NCBI RefSeq assembly: GCF_009834535.1
Contig: NC_045707.1
Location: forward strand, 64,048,001 to 64,112,000
Length of the DNA stretch: 64,000 nucleotides
Reading direction: 5' to 3'
From: Camelus ferus
Lineage: Eukaryota
In this document: piece after piece, positions 40,883-54,779 of the stretch
Numbering within the stretch: the first letter of the stretch is position 1
Layout of the letters: each line of letters opens with the position of its first letter
Notes under the pieces: generated by a model
Database searches by the model: none
What the model saw: the letters and a program-made list of their open reading frames with translations, nothing else
Told to the model about the DNA's origin: nothing
Made by a program: the position numbers and the translations under genes

Positions 40883-41295
40883 TGTTGAGGTGGGAAGCCC
40901 CATGAAAAGACCAGCAAGACCCACAGGGAGGGCCATTACTTTCCTGCTGGCACCATCCAGTTCCCTGGCCCGGTGGCATTATCTTGCTTTTGTGCTTCTG
41001 TAAAACGGCTTGCTTCTAGGAAAACGAAACTTACCCCTAAAATTCTATTGGTTCTCAAAGCACACTCCTGATTGGTCCATTTCTAACACCTCATTTGCAT
41101 ATGGTGCAAAAATGGAAACCTAAAACTCTATAAAAGCCTGTGTAACCCTCCAGACAGGGTCCAGAGGTTGGAGTGTTAACTCCTCTGTACCTGCTGGTGT
41201 AATAAACCTGAGTTCTCCAACCCTCCAAGTGTCCCTTGGTCTCTCGCCAGAGTTCAAGTTGCTGTAACAATTTGTTGTAACACTTTGCTGTAACA
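40883..41295 (+). mobile_element. ERV solo LTR with intact-looking promoter and polyA signals
   Basis: TG start; ATTGG at 41047 and 41071; ATTTGCAT 41093-41100; TATAAAA 41129-41135; AATAAA 41201-41206; ends in tgtaaca repeated three times. Confidence 0.8.
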
Positions 41296-44271
41296 CTATA
41301 GTCATCTATCAAATCAACAAACCCTGCCTATTACAGAGATGCCTCTGTAGAATGTTGAAAAAAATCTTATCCATCTTTGCTCCACAGAAGGACTTATCAC
41401 CTATTTTGTGCATTTCCTTTACAAAGAGTAGATTTAATATACAAAACCCACCTTTCAAAGTCAGAGTCATGGTGCTCACCAGAGAAATGTGGCAAAGTCC
41501 ACAGACCATAGGCCATTTTTCCTTCCATTCTAGGAGCAATGGCAGAAGTGAACTTTGGTTTCTGACCTAGTAGATGATTTGCTTCTTCAGGTAGTTTATT
41601 TTTGCTTCTCACACTTGGAGCTAGACTCTTGGGCAGTCTGTTCCCAGGACCCTTCTCTGCTAGGTTTATTTTGTGTAGACTGGCCACCTACTATTAAAGC
41701 AATGTAACTTTTGGAAGGCTTTCTTTGTTTTTTAATGCCATGTTCTTCTCCATTCTTTTATTTTATTTAAAGCCAATAGTATTCTTTTTTTTTAGTACCT
41801 TACTGGTTAAGTCTTTTCCATCAGTGTCTCAAAAAAGAGAAAGTGTTTTTGAGTTTTGACCACCCTGATTAGTAAAAACATTGAAGCACAAAATGATTTA
41901 AAGTTTGTATGCTTTAAAGATCAAGTAATTAAAAAATACCCTTTGTTCTTAGTTTTATGTGTAGGAAAATGTTGAGGTTAATTCACTGACCATGTGGGAT
42001 AATTTGACTCTCAATCAGTAAATTTAAAAAAGATCTTTCATAACATAAAAAAGATCCAACCCTGCCAAGGACAAATGACTGGCACTGAAATTCCTTTGTT
42101 AGCTTAAGTCATTGATATGTAAAACAAAAGAAAATTCTTTGGCAGAAAACAGAAGAATGTCCAGATGGTTTCTATCTATTTTCTCATTGATTGTATAATT
42201 AAAATCCCCTTTAATCATCAGAAAAATTGAGATAGAATGTTTGTAATAGAACAGTACTGTGTTTTAAAGAAACACTTCTTCTGTGGTAGGTTCACTAGTA
42301 ATGAAGAACTGGCAGCAAGGATTTTGTGAGTTTGCCCTATGGAGAGAAAGTACCCAGATAGCTGACCCGGGATGTGGCTGCCTTCTTGTGATACTATGTT
42401 GGTTGTGCCAGATAAGATCAAACGTTAATCTGTTAAAATAGATATGAATTAGCTATGATCACCTAATTTCCACGTAATATTTTTCTTTACTTGAAGTAGG
42501 ATTCACACCTTTGATTGAGAGGTGGGCTAGCTCCTTGGTGAGGTTAGTTACTAATGAAAGCACCAATAAACTAGTTAGTAAACTACTTGTGATGACATGT
42601 CATCAGCAGCCATGGGATGGAATTTATTTACTCAGGGACACTTGACCTATCTTGCTAAACTGTATTCTGTGAAATGATGTGCCCGTTGATCAACATGAAT
42701 GGTGCTGGTCAACAGAACTACATCCCCATGTGTTTCTTTTACATTCCCCCTACTGATCGCTAGATAGTGTGTTACTATTCTGTACATAGAGAGTGTGCAT
42801 ATATATGCATGGTTTTAGCTGCTGGATGACTTTATCTTTTTAGGTTTAGTGACTACTTGAACTTTCTGGTGACCTTGCATGACATTATATCTCTGTCTAG
42901 ATCTAGTTCTAGATCTGTGTATCTCCTTGGTTTATAGATGGTGTCAGTAATGGTTTTAAAATGGAAAACAAACAAACAAAAGCGAAAATTATAGTGACTG
43001 ATCTGTAATTTCTGGTTTTTTTTTTTTTTCCTTTTCTTTTACTTAGTGGTTATTTTCAAGGTCTTTACTTTGGTCCAAGGAATGAGGCAATATTGTCATG
43101 ATTTAGGATGCTGATGAAACAAAATACAGGGAACAAAAGGATCTCTTTCCCAGCAGTTCTGGGAAAAGGCTGTAGGGGTAAAGTGATGGTGGACCCAGTA
43201 CTGCAGAGAAAGAAGTACTGTTTCTCCAGTTGCTGGGTTCAGGGAGAAGGGGTGGGCAAGAGTGAGGAGAGGGTTTTGTTTTCTGTGGCTCCTTGCAGGC
43301 TCTTTGGGTGGTTTCTGATAGGTAATGATTCAGTTGTGGAGCCTAAAGGCACAGGAAAGTAGGGAAAGAATCGTAGGTCCAAATAACCACTAGGCTTATT
43401 AAGCACTTACTGTAAGCCATGTGCAGTGCTAAGGACTTCACACAGATGATCTCATTTAACAGCCAGAGACAGGTACTGTCATTATCCCCATTCCATGCAT
43501 AAGGAAAGCAGATTCTTAGGGAAGTTAGTTAATTTGCAAGATCTGCAACTCAAATCTGAGTAATTTGATGTGAGAGGCAGCCTCTTGGCCATTACACGGT
43601 TGTGCCTCAAAGTAGGACTTTGAAAGATTCGTATCAATACCAGGGAGCCTTCCTACAGCACACGTTACAAGAAGTGTGGTCTGCTGCAGTCGGCTGCTTT
43701 CCTTTCCTCTCCCTGAGCCTAGGAGGTTCGACAGGGAGTAGTGATCACAGGGAAGACTGGAAAAGGGGTGGGGTTTGCTGTAGTGACTCTGCTTGACAGT
43801 TGCAAGAATGCTTCAACACCCGCCCTGTATTTCCAAACCAAGGTTTGTTTTGTGTAGGTTTTGTACGATTTTAGTTGGCATATGACTATTTTTCTAGTTG
43901 ACTGATAACTTAGAACTCTGTGGTGATCCTGCAACATGAGCTATTTTTTTTTTAGCACATTGCTTTATTTAATTTTCCAATAATCCAAGGAGGCAGTTTT
44001 TTTTTTTTTTTACTATATTTCATCAATTCATTGCATTCTCCCCTCTCCTCATATTCTTAACATCTTTAAGTTAGAATGTCTTTTGCAGTTGGTGGTATGT
44101 ATGTATCTGGTTTAGTTGGTGATTTTTTTTTTTCTTACTGGCACCTAAAATAATAGCACAGCTTAAAAATAGATGGTGTTTTGGATGCAACGAGATACAG
44201 TATCTCCATTTTGCAAAGGCAACTGTTAGAGGTTAAATCATTTCTTTTAGATTACCCAACTAGAGATTGGT

Positions 44272-44665
44272 TGTGACGGTTGATGGCTAGTTGTTGAGAA
44301 AATCAGTTTCCCTTTCATTCTGGGCACAGTTGGTCTACACTTTCCAACCTCCCTTGCAGTTAAGTTTGGCATGAGACACAACTCTGGACAGTGGAATGTA
44401 GGTGAATAACTGGACCTTCAGAAACCACTGGATTTTCTCCACTCTTCTTTTCCCCAGTTGGCCAGTTGGATACCAATATCCAGGGGCAACCCTGGGAGCC
44501 ACCTGTTGAAGATGGCTGCACTTCTGCCAGTCTGGTTCATGAATGACCATGTGGAGCAGAGCTGCCTTCCCTTCCCCAGCTTGTCTAGTCTACTGATTGA
44601 CTTTCCACGTGTGAATGAAAAACTTATAACATATGCTAAGCTACTGAAATTTTGGGATTAATGGA
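44272..44665 (+). mobile_element. Old MLT1(J-like) LTR
   Basis: tacactttccaacctcccttgcagttaag...agccacctgttgaagatggc...gaccatgtggagcagagctgcc. Confidence 0.65.
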
Positions 44666-47193
44666 GGCTTGTAAACACATTTCAAGTTATATTATATAGA
44701 AATTTGTCTAATCTGAATGATTTTCTAGTATTGTATTTTCCAGCATAGTCAGTAAATTTTCTATCCATTCAAGGGACTTAATCACTGTATAACTGATTTT
44801 GTATAAATTATCAAATGATAATTTTTGTTAAAATTCTTCTGAGGACAGAGTCTGAGGTTTTCTTGTTCACCACCGTATTCACAACTCCTTGGCACAGTAT
44901 CTAGAACATAGTAGCACTTGGAACATATGTGCTACTCTAGTTAGAAAGATAGCATGGGGCAGTGGAATAAATGTTGAGTTAAGTGGTAAAAAAGTGTCCC
45001 TAGTATGGGATCTGTCTCAATTCTCCTCATTTATGCAATAAGAAAAATATTATTCCATTTACTTAAAAGGATTTTATGATGATCAAGTGAAAGTATGAGT
45101 ACTTTGTAAAGCTGTAACAGACTAGTACTACTAATGGAATGCAATGGTTAGTGTTCAAGAGATTGTATTTAAAACATATAGTTTCCCACAATTGTTTGGC
45201 TTTGGTACAGACTTTATATTACATACAGGTGATAAACCAAATCATATGCCTTTTCCCCTTGGCACACCAAGAAAGTTGAAACCCAGTAAAACTTTTTTGC
45301 TCATCCTTGCTCAGGTACCAGAGCCATTCTGTTTCCTGGGCGTATCACAGAGTCACGTGAAAATACATTCAGCAAGCATTTGAAAGAAGGACATAAAGAA
45401 CTCCAAAAGGACCAGAAAAGAGTTACTTGAAAAACCACATAATGAATAATCTTTTAGATATTTATCTGGGAAAAACAGAATTCAAGTTGGGAAGTCTTTT
45501 GCTTTTTTTCCCCCTTTCTAAGTGTTGCCATGTCTGTTTCTCTTAGAATGAGCAACACGTTAATAATCAAAAACAGATTAGGGTTTGAGTTAGCGTCCTT
45601 CACATCGACTTCTGATTTCCCTTCGGTTCTGTATAAGAAAGGGTTCGTTCCTTTCACTGGAATAAGCTTCTCATTTTGAGAAGTGCTTGGTTGAAATGCG
45701 TCCTGTGGTCCTGAGTGTTCTCCCTGTTCGCGTACCTTGTATATTGGATGTGTTTTCGAGTTTATTTGGACCGTCTTGAAGTGTTAGCAGTGAAATTATC
45801 TTGGGCTGCTTTCTTTCAAACCTAGGTCTTTCGTCACTGCTGGATCAGATGTTCTCATTGCCAAATGACAGGGCCACATGTGTGGGGTATTTTCAGGCAG
45901 GAATCTACGGTGCTGTAGCAAGGGAAGGAAATAAAGCCCTCAATTTTGGTAGTGTACTGAATGGCTTACTCCCTTTTCCAAGAAACAATTCCAGAAACAA
46001 AATGTTTTCTCCTGAGCTTAAATGAAAAGCAGATACAACAAAGGCTTTAAACTGAGAAATAATAGATTCGCTGGCACCAGGTACTGAAGAAATTGCACAT
46101 TATTTAGACTTCTCAAAAAATTGGCCATGCTTGTTAGCTGGGGGTCCAAAAATTCTCTGGAAATTATTGTCTATGTTAACCATAAAACTACTAAACAGTT
46201 TATTACTGTCAAATTCACTTAAAATGAATAACCTTGATCTCTAAGTAATTCCCTTCAGGGAATTGCCTGTGGTAAGACTATATTTTAGAAGTCCATTGTT
46301 AAGCATTTCAATAAATCAATATGATGGAGGAAAATTTGATATTCCTATGGAAATTTCCATGCTTTCATTGCTTTTTCCATATTATTAAGATTAGCGAGTC
46401 CCATGCTGAAGGATCTGGGACCAACAGTTTCTCAGTTTAAAGTATAGTTTATGAATACTGATGGAAAGAATGTTACTGTGGAAATTCATTTGTTTTCCTT
46501 AGTCTGCATTATCTATCTTCTTACTCTCCAAGTTTACCTTAAACTCCCGTCAACCTAAATTAGTTCTGTTATCCAATCATAGACATAACCTACATGTTTA
46601 CCATGAGAGGGATCCAGGCCCCCAATGTTTGTTTAACCTAGTTTTCTGATAGAGCCTTATAAAGGTTATTGCTGAGGTCCTATGGAGATGCTACAATACA
46701 GATTTTAGTGGTATTCAACAACCATCCCTGTTTGTCCAGGACTGAGGAGTTTCCTGGGACATGGGACAGTTCTCTGAAAACTGGAACAGTCATCCTCATG
46801 TATTAATAATATGCATTAAAATTATAGGGAAAATACCTAACCCAACAGTACAACATTAATTATGGAATATGTCCCCAGCAGGTCTTCATTTTTTTTAGGG
46901 ATTGCCATTAGGATTGAACTAATTCTTTGAAATATTGCTTATTAAGTTACTGATCATTTTAACAAGGATATAATTGAATATTTCTGACTTTTAAAAAATA
47001 TAATTTATCTATTTATTTATTTATCTATAATGAGCCTAGACAGATTTTTACTATGTTCAAAATACAGAATTTGTCATACATTTCTTATATTCTTTCTTAG
47101 TTTTAATTGAATAAGATATGAGAAATCACAGACCAAGAACCTCAGTAAGAAATATTTTTTTTAATGGTTTATTTTCCAGTTGCTTATTTCCTA

Positions 47194-48264
47194 TGTTGAG
47201 ATATTTACTCTTAGAGGCCACCAAACCTATTTCTACTTCCCTGTGAATCTGAGCAGAGTAATTATCAAGTTCCCCATGTACTGTTTTTGCTGAGAAGCAG
47301 ACACTCAGGTCTTACACTGTCTGAAAAATAAATCCCTTGTCAACACTCCTTCGCCCCGTTTCATCTTCCCAGAGTGCTAGTTTGTGAAACAGGCTTGATG
47401 TGTGTTGGCCTCCTCTTATAGATAAGTCTACTCCCTCTCATGAAACGCTGTAATCCGAAACTCCCAAGAGCTCAAACTATCCCAAATACTGAATATTTTA
47501 AGATTTATTTTGGTGAGACATAGCACATGGGGCAACGACTACCTACCAGATTTCTGGAAACTCTCAGCCTGGAGGAACCAGCTTAGAAAAAAGACTCTGC
47601 TTTCTTCAACTTTAATCTGAAGGGCGTTCCTTCTTTCAGAGTTGCAAAGAATCAGTTTTCTCCTGCAGGAGAGAAGTGAGTCATACTAGTGAACATAACA
47701 AAGTTACAAAAGCTCATTAACTCACTCTGGTTATAACTGATAGTTGCATTGTCCGGACACACCTAACTGGTTCATCCATTCCTGCTGATCGAACATGGAA
47801 TGACAGAGGTGTTGAATACCCATTTCACTCCTGAAGGTGTGAAAGAAAACTAAAGATGGGGTTGGTATTGCGAAGAGAGCTCTCCAAAGTGGAGCTGGGA
47901 GACCACTGAGGGAGTGTGACTTATGCACGTCTCCAGATGAAATCTGACCTTTTGACCACTTGCTGTCTTAACGTGGGCATCCAGAACATCTGCCCAAAGC
48001 TCCAGAAACTCAAGACACTTATCAAACCCTCACCCTAAGTAAGTCATGACAGCCTGTCCCTTAAGGATAGTTTTTTTTCTTTCTTGGGTCAGGGTACAGC
48101 CTCATGGCTTTTACCTTTATAAGCCCCTGACTCTTTCTTTGACCTGAACATTCTTCCAGGTTTACCTGAATCTGTGTCTCCCAAATTGCAATTCTTAACT
48201 CCAGATAAACTCTTTCCTTATTTGCAGCCTTCTGCTGGCTTTTTTTTTTTTTTTTCTTTTTGCC
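47194..48264 (+). mobile_element. Probable long ERV1-type LTR
   Basis: The 3' part has LTR-like tttataagcccctg...ctcccaaattgcaattcttaactccagataaactctttcc. Boundaries and TSD are not resolved. Confidence 0.4.
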
Positions 48265-49790
48265 AAAAAAGGAAGTAAGAGGAAATAGAAGATCCCCCTC
48301 TTTGGAACTATGGAAATAGATGTTCTAATTTCATATGGCAGAAGATGCCAGTAGGTGGTCCTATTACATGATAGAATTAATTGTACCTGTGTTTCTTTTC
48401 TTGTATAGTTCATTGGTTGTTCTGCCACACTGCGCATTATCAAGACCTCATTTGTCCTCTGTGGTCTTCTGCTCCTCTTCATTCTTTAACTGTGAGCAGA
48501 CCCTTACACAAAAAAGGGCGAGGAGTTGAACTGCATGTCATATCTGGGGTCAGGTGAAATCCTGCTTTCAGGAAGAATTGCCTTTTCTTTGTAGGTCCTT
48601 GGTAGGATCAATCTCTCTCTCTCTTAGTGTGTATATATATATATATATATTTAAATTTTAATTATGTATATAATTATATTTTAAATATTTTAGAATTATT
48701 TAACTATTTTAAATATTTTAGTATTTTTTGTATTTAGTAGTTTTAATATTTTTAATATTCATATTATATATTTTTCCAATGGGAAAAGATACATTTTAAT
48801 GATATCACAAATAGCTTTTCATGACATTAATTTGTATCTACAGATCTGGCTATAGATATATTCCTTGAGTCTAAAATAGAGATAGGTAGGTAGATAGACA
48901 GATAATCTTCTATAAGGGAATAAAGCTGGGTACTAACTTTCAACACTATTTCATGATGCCTTTTCCTATTGAAATAATTCAGTTGTCTATGCAGGATTCC
49001 TACCTGACAGCTGTACAAGAAAAGTTATTTGTTTTTGACTTTTGAAGAGTAAATCTATGTTTTTCTCTTTGAATAGTTATAGGAAAAGCAGGGAATGTGA
49101 ATTTTAACCCCTGATGAGCACTCTTAAGATTTTGCTTCCAGGTCATTCTTTTTTCAGTGGTTAGTAGTCTTCCCTGTAGTCCTGGGCAATGTACAGCAAG
49201 CTATCTGCACACTAAGAACTGTAAGTCATACATTATCTTTATTCAGAATTAGAGCATCTTCTGGGTTTTCTTCTATAGCAAATTGTGCTTTAACCACATG
49301 TACTAAATTATTCATTCCCATCTGTCAGCTGTTTCTCAAATGGAACCATGGAGGAAGGCTGAAGTGGTCAGTGGTTAGCTGTTCTCTGGACAGTCATTAA
49401 TAGACAGTGTGTGTAGCTAAGTGCCTATGACCAAGTGCATAGTGCCAAGGGCAGTGAGCATCAGGGCTGTGCAAAAGTAGGCTGAGGGTCTAAAAAGGCA
49501 ATAAATAAACATGACCTTTCCTTCTGATGGCATCTTTTATCAGGCATACGGTTTCCAAGGAAAGGGTAATAGTTCTTCAACAGATTCAAGTACTGAACAA
49601 ATAGCCATCCTGTATTTGTAAGGCCCAAAGAAAAAGATTCAGAGTCTTTCTCCCGTACTTTGTTTAGATAAATGAATTAGACAGGAGGGATCCCTAAGAA
49701 TCCGTCTCTTGCACAATTTCTATTGGGGAAGAAAATCTAAAGAATGTGACATCTTGTTGAAAGGAGAACTACTGAAGTATATGAAAGCAA

Positions 49791-49899
49791 TGCTGGAGGA
49801 GGTGGTACCAACAGTGCTGGAGGAGGTGGCACCAGCAGTGCTGGAGGAAGTGGTACCAGCAGTGATGGAGGGAGGTGCTGGAGGAGGTGGTTCCAATAG
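49791..49899. repeat. 24-bp minisatellite, four full units plus one partial (tgctggaggaggtggtaccagcag)
   Basis: Units start at 49791, 49815, 49839 and 49876; partial unit 49863-49875. Confidence 0.95.
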
Positions 49900-49979
49900 T
49901 GTGCTTTGTGACCTGGTAAGTTCTGAGTCTCCCGTGTCTGCTCAGCTTCTTCAAGATTGCAGAAGAACCTGCTCTTCTT

Positions 49980-50666
49980 CAACAAATGAAAGTCATATGT
50001 ATTTAGGTTGTACCACGTGATTTTTTTAAGGTGTACAATGTGATGATTTAACATATATATTCATTGTGAAATAGTTGCCACAATGAAGTTACAAACCCAC
50101 TACCTCACAAAGCTACCATATGTATGTGTGTGTGTGTAGGGAGAGCACTTAAGATCTACGGTCTTAGCAAGTTTCAGATACATAATACAGTGTTATTAGC
50201 TGCACTCATCTACGGAATGGGAGCAAATATTTGCAAAACATTTATCTGATAAAGGGTTAATATCCAAAATATATAAGGAACTTAAACAACTCAAATAGCA
50301 AAAAAACTCAAATATCTTGATGGAAAAATGGGCAAAGGACCTGAATTGATATTTTTCCAAAGAAGACATACAGATGGCCAACAGGTACATGAGAAGGTGT
50401 TCACCGTCACTAACCATGAGGAAAATGCAAATCAAAACCACAGAGACATCACCTTACACCTGTTAAAATGACCATCATTGAGAAGACTAGAGGTAACATA
50501 CGTTGGCGAGGTTGTGGAGAAAAGGGAACCCTTGTGCACTGTTGGTGAAAATGTAAATTAGTGCAGCCACTATGAAAGCCAGTATGGAGGTGGTTCCAAA
50601 AGCTGAAAACTAGAGCTGCCATACAATCCAGCCATCCCTCTGCTGGGTATAAATCCAAAGGAAATG
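49980..50666 (-). mobile_element. Old L1MA-like element: antisense 3'UTR (~49980-50201) fused to a sense ORF2 fragment (~50207-50666)
   Basis: aaggtgtacaatgtgatg...gagcacttaagatctac (antisense 3' end), then gaatgggagcaaatatttgcaaa...aatgcaaatcaaaaccac (sense ORF2). Confidence 0.75.
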
Positions 50667-50669
50667 CTG

Positions 50670-52560
50670 ATCTTTGAACGTGCCAAGATCCCGTGCTAAG
50701 CCTCAGAGAATTTGCATTTGCTGTTCTCTCTGCCAGGAATGCTCCTTCTCCAGTTCTCGCACTGGGTCTTTCATCCTCTTCATTCCAGTCTCAGCTCAAA
50801 TGTCTTCTCAGGGAGGCCCTGCCTTGTAGACCACACTGTCTGCTTTACTGTTTCCACCAGAACGTTTATGGCAGAGGGTCCGAGATTGCACATCTGTATT
50901 CATTCACTCATTTACTGCTTGTCTCAGCCACTAGAATGTAAGTTCCATGGGGGCTGGAGCTTTGTCCAGCTTGTGACTGCACCTCCAGACGTATATATTT
51001 CAGGTGCTTGATGAATGCTTTTTCATGAATGAGGGATTGAATTTAGAGTCAAGTAAAAAAATATCAAATAGCTCTTTTACTATACGAAGGAAATACTTAT
51101 TTTTCAAGTTAGAAGGACAAAGAATCTGGTTCCATCTATAACACATGCCAATATCAGGTGAGAAATTGCAAATTGTTTCTAGTAGACACTTGATGGTAAG
51201 TCGGATTGGAATAAAGGGCCCATATGGGGGAAAAAAAAACTCTCTTCCTAAACTCCTAAGATCTAAATCAGAAGCAGATCCCGGATTTAATGCGTCCTAT
51301 GCAGGCAATCAGCGTCATCATCATCGCCTCGTGAACACATGGGTTTTGAACAGTGAAACCCTACCTCTCTTCTGACGGCACCGACAGGCAACAGTGAAGA
51401 AGCAGGTGGTGTCTGCAGGCGAGAACGAACGTGAAAAATGGCGTAAAACATACGGAGCCGTCTTGGCTCCGGGTCTCTTCTTTCAGCTAATCTGCCGAGA
51501 GCATACAGGCACCGGTCACTTACTACTTCTTGAAAACATTCCTCTCTCTTGCCGTCTAGGAAAATACAGTTTCCTGACGTTTGGCTACTGCCCTGTTTCC
51601 TTAACCACCTCCTCTTCCTTGGTCTCCCCTTTAAACATTGGTGTTCACTAGAATCCCACCCTCTGTCCTTATCTTCTCACTCACATCCTACGCAACAGCC
51701 TCCCTCCCCGATCGTCTTCATGCTGATGATAATTCCTTAACATAGGCCTCTAGCATCGACCTTTCTTTCAGTCCCCAGGCTCGAATTTCCAAGTTACTTG
51801 GTATCTTTGCATGAATTTTCCTTTAGGTACCTCAAGATTAGGGTGTTTCAAACATGTCATAGTGTTTCTTCTGCTTTTCTCATTTTATTTTCTAGTCAGC
51901 GAAGGAGCTATCTACTTCTTATCCTACATCTCACCAGCTGTCTTCTTGCTGTTCTCCTCCTGGCCTTTTCCTCAGTCACCCCGAAGCTGAGACTTTCATC
52001 ATTTCCTGTGCTGGCTAATGCAGTAACCAGCACGGCTTCTGATGCCATCAGCTCATTTCCCTTCCCTGCAAAACCCCTGTTTTTTGTTTGTCCAGAAGAG
52101 ATTTCGAGTGTCTTCATGAAGGCTTAGAAATTCTCCTGAAATCTGGCCCCAAATATCTTTGTCGCCACTTTTGCTTTTGTAGTCTCCGCGCACCCAGCCA
52201 CCCTAGATCGCGTGTGCCCCGTGGACATCTCCGTGTCTGTCTCCTCCATGCCTGTAATCATGCTCTGCTCTCCGTCTGTGTGCCTTTCCTTGATTCTTTA
52301 CACAAAAAAATCCCTTTCACACTTTGAGATGCTGCTTAGGTGTGTACGGTGAAGCCTCCCTCTGCACTTCGAGAGCTCATGCATTCCACTTTCTCCATTT
52401 GTTTAATTCTACCTGGTGTTAGAATGGCTTTTGCCCTCACTAGACTGCAAACCCCATTCAGATCAGCCGCCTTACCTGTCCCTCTTTATAGCCCTTCTTA
52501 GCATCTTCTAGTGTAGTGTCTTGACTGCAGTAGACACTCAAGAAATGTCCCTTAAAATGA
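50670..52560 (+). mobile_element. L2 fragments (~50670-51030 and ~51520-52560)
   Basis: ttgctgttctctctgccaggaatgctc, tctcagctcaaatgtc, cactagaatgtaagttccatg, tgaatga-type ends. Confidence 0.6.
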
Positions 52561-54249
52561 CATGTGTCAGACGTCTTAGGCTCACAGTCAAGTGCCCATT
52601 CTAAGTGATGGCTGATAAACAACTGTAGATTCATCTTCTGCTATGTGTAGGATGCCATATGTAAGCTCTTCATGTCTTACAAAGTGGTTAAGACATGGGC
52701 TATGGAATTAAGCAGATCTGGACTTGAGTTCTGGCTTTGCCACATAGCAGTTCTGGAGCCTTGGGCAAGTTACTAACCTCATCTAAGCTTCAGTTTACTT
52801 ACATAGAAATTAGGGCATACGTATTTCTTATCTAATGTGGGGTGGTTATGAGGACTGATGAAATATGAAGTGTCTGCATGTAATAGGCTTTCAATAAAAA
52901 CTACTTATCATTTTAAGCTTCTAAATAGTCATGTCCAGTCCTAAGATATTCTCATGTCAAATATTAGCTGGAGAGCACACTCTCCATGCAACTCCTTTAT
53001 GTCCTTGGAAGTAGAGTAGATGTGTGTCAGGATACCAAGTCTCTAGTTGTAAAATTTCTTGATATGCCTCTCGTCACTCTTGCCTTTTGTCTATGGTCTC
53101 TTGAAAAAGCAAGACAAGTAAGTATAAACATTATTCATGGCATAAACAATGCTCATGAATGACATGAAAACAAAACAACTGTAACCTGATGTGGATTACA
53201 AAGATAACACACCAAAGTCACCAAGATTGTCCTTTTTACTTTCCTTCGGAGCAGCCACTTAAAGCTAAATTAATTTAGATTGCTGAAATATAATCTTGGC
53301 TGCAGTGTCTGGCATCTTAAAGCCAAAAGTAAAATTGCAGTTTAATTGGCTTCCCTGACTTTGGCAATAAATGGTATAATAGATTTTACTTAGGAAATCT
53401 TGACATTTCCAAAAGAATCATGATTTTAAAAAAAAGACAGTCTCTAAAAGGCTATATTTAAACCTAGAAAGAAAGAGAGAGAGAGAGAGAGAAGGGATCA
53501 CGAGAGAAGTATATATTCTGGCTCTGGACAAGTATAATTTTTGGATAAGAAATTGGACTGAGATGATGTTTGCGAGGCAATTTAAGCTTCGTGAAAGAAA
53601 ACTGGCCTCACCGACACAGGATTATTATCTACACGTGTGTTCATGTGGCATCCATCAATATGCTGTGAAAGAATGTAGAAAGAGATGTTAAATTGATGTT
53701 ATTGAGCATGAGGGGTATCAGGTTAACATTCCAAGGAACACTGGATCCTGGAGTCTCTGAGGAATCCCCCGAGTTGTCCAGCCAAGTCCTCTCCTCTGCT
53801 CAGAGATACACTAGAGGTCCACAAGGACATTGCTTATTTATCTGGGTTCATCTGCAGACTTTCCCCAGGTAAAACCTGCTGGTTGGTCTGAGTGTGTAAT
53901 AATGTTTGCTGGGGAAAATGCTCCCCCTGCCTGAAGATTCCAGCTCTCTTTTAGTCATCGTTGAGGTCAGGCTGCTCTCTTGGTGCCTCTCTTATCTAAA
54001 CACCACGTTCTTACTTCTGGATGCACCTAAAAATTGTTGTTGTAAAGGAACTCGACTTGTGGTGATTATTTGGCAATATATACATATATTGAATCATTAT
54101 CTTGTACACCTGAAACTAATACAATGTTATATGTCAATTGTATCTCAATAAAAAATAATAATGTATGTGCATCCAAATAGCTAAAACAGGACAGAGTACA
54201 CCTGGGAACGGGAAGTTTTTCCTTTCCTCCCCCTCATCTTACTCCTCAG

Positions 54250-54746
54250 AGAAAACTTTTTGATCTCAGGACCCTCTTAGACTCTTAGCTGTTACTGAAG
54301 ACCACAAAGAGCTTTTTCTAGTCTATCAGTATTTAGCATATTAGAAACAGAGGAAGTTACAAAATATGTATTCATTCATTTAAAAACATTAATAATAAAC
54401 CCATTGCATATTAACAGTTTAAAAACACCATTTAATAAAAACGTATTGAAAAAGATTTTCCATGATAGTGAGAAGAGTGGTTTTGTCCTTTGATTTTGTA
54501 CATCTCTTGAATGTCTGGATTAATACAAGACAAGAGGATTCTCATTTCTGTGTCTGTGATCAGTCTATTCTCGTATCACACATCTTATAGCCTCTAGAAA
54601 ACTCCACTGTACAATGATGTCAAAGTGAGATTGAAAAAGGCAAGTAACATTTTGTTATTATTATGAAAATAGTTTTCACCTTGTGGATTCCTTAACAGGG
54701 TCTGTTAACTCACATGGGTCTTGGGCCAGATTTGGAGAATCGCTGA
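54250..54746. mobile_element. Charlie4a-like hAT DNA transposon
   Basis: tttgatctcaggaccctcttagactctta...gaagaccacaaagagc ... tttggagaatcgctg. Confidence 0.7.
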
Positions 54747-54779
54747 CTCAGACAAAATCATTTCTGAATTTGTCTTTTC

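Noticed and set aside
48625..48780. Extremely AT-rich quasi-repeat
   Set aside because: Low-complexity sequence with no defined unit or long perfect palindrome.
49791..49899. CRISPR-like array
   Set aside because: Head-to-tail units with no unique spacers, in mammalian DNA, with no cas genes.
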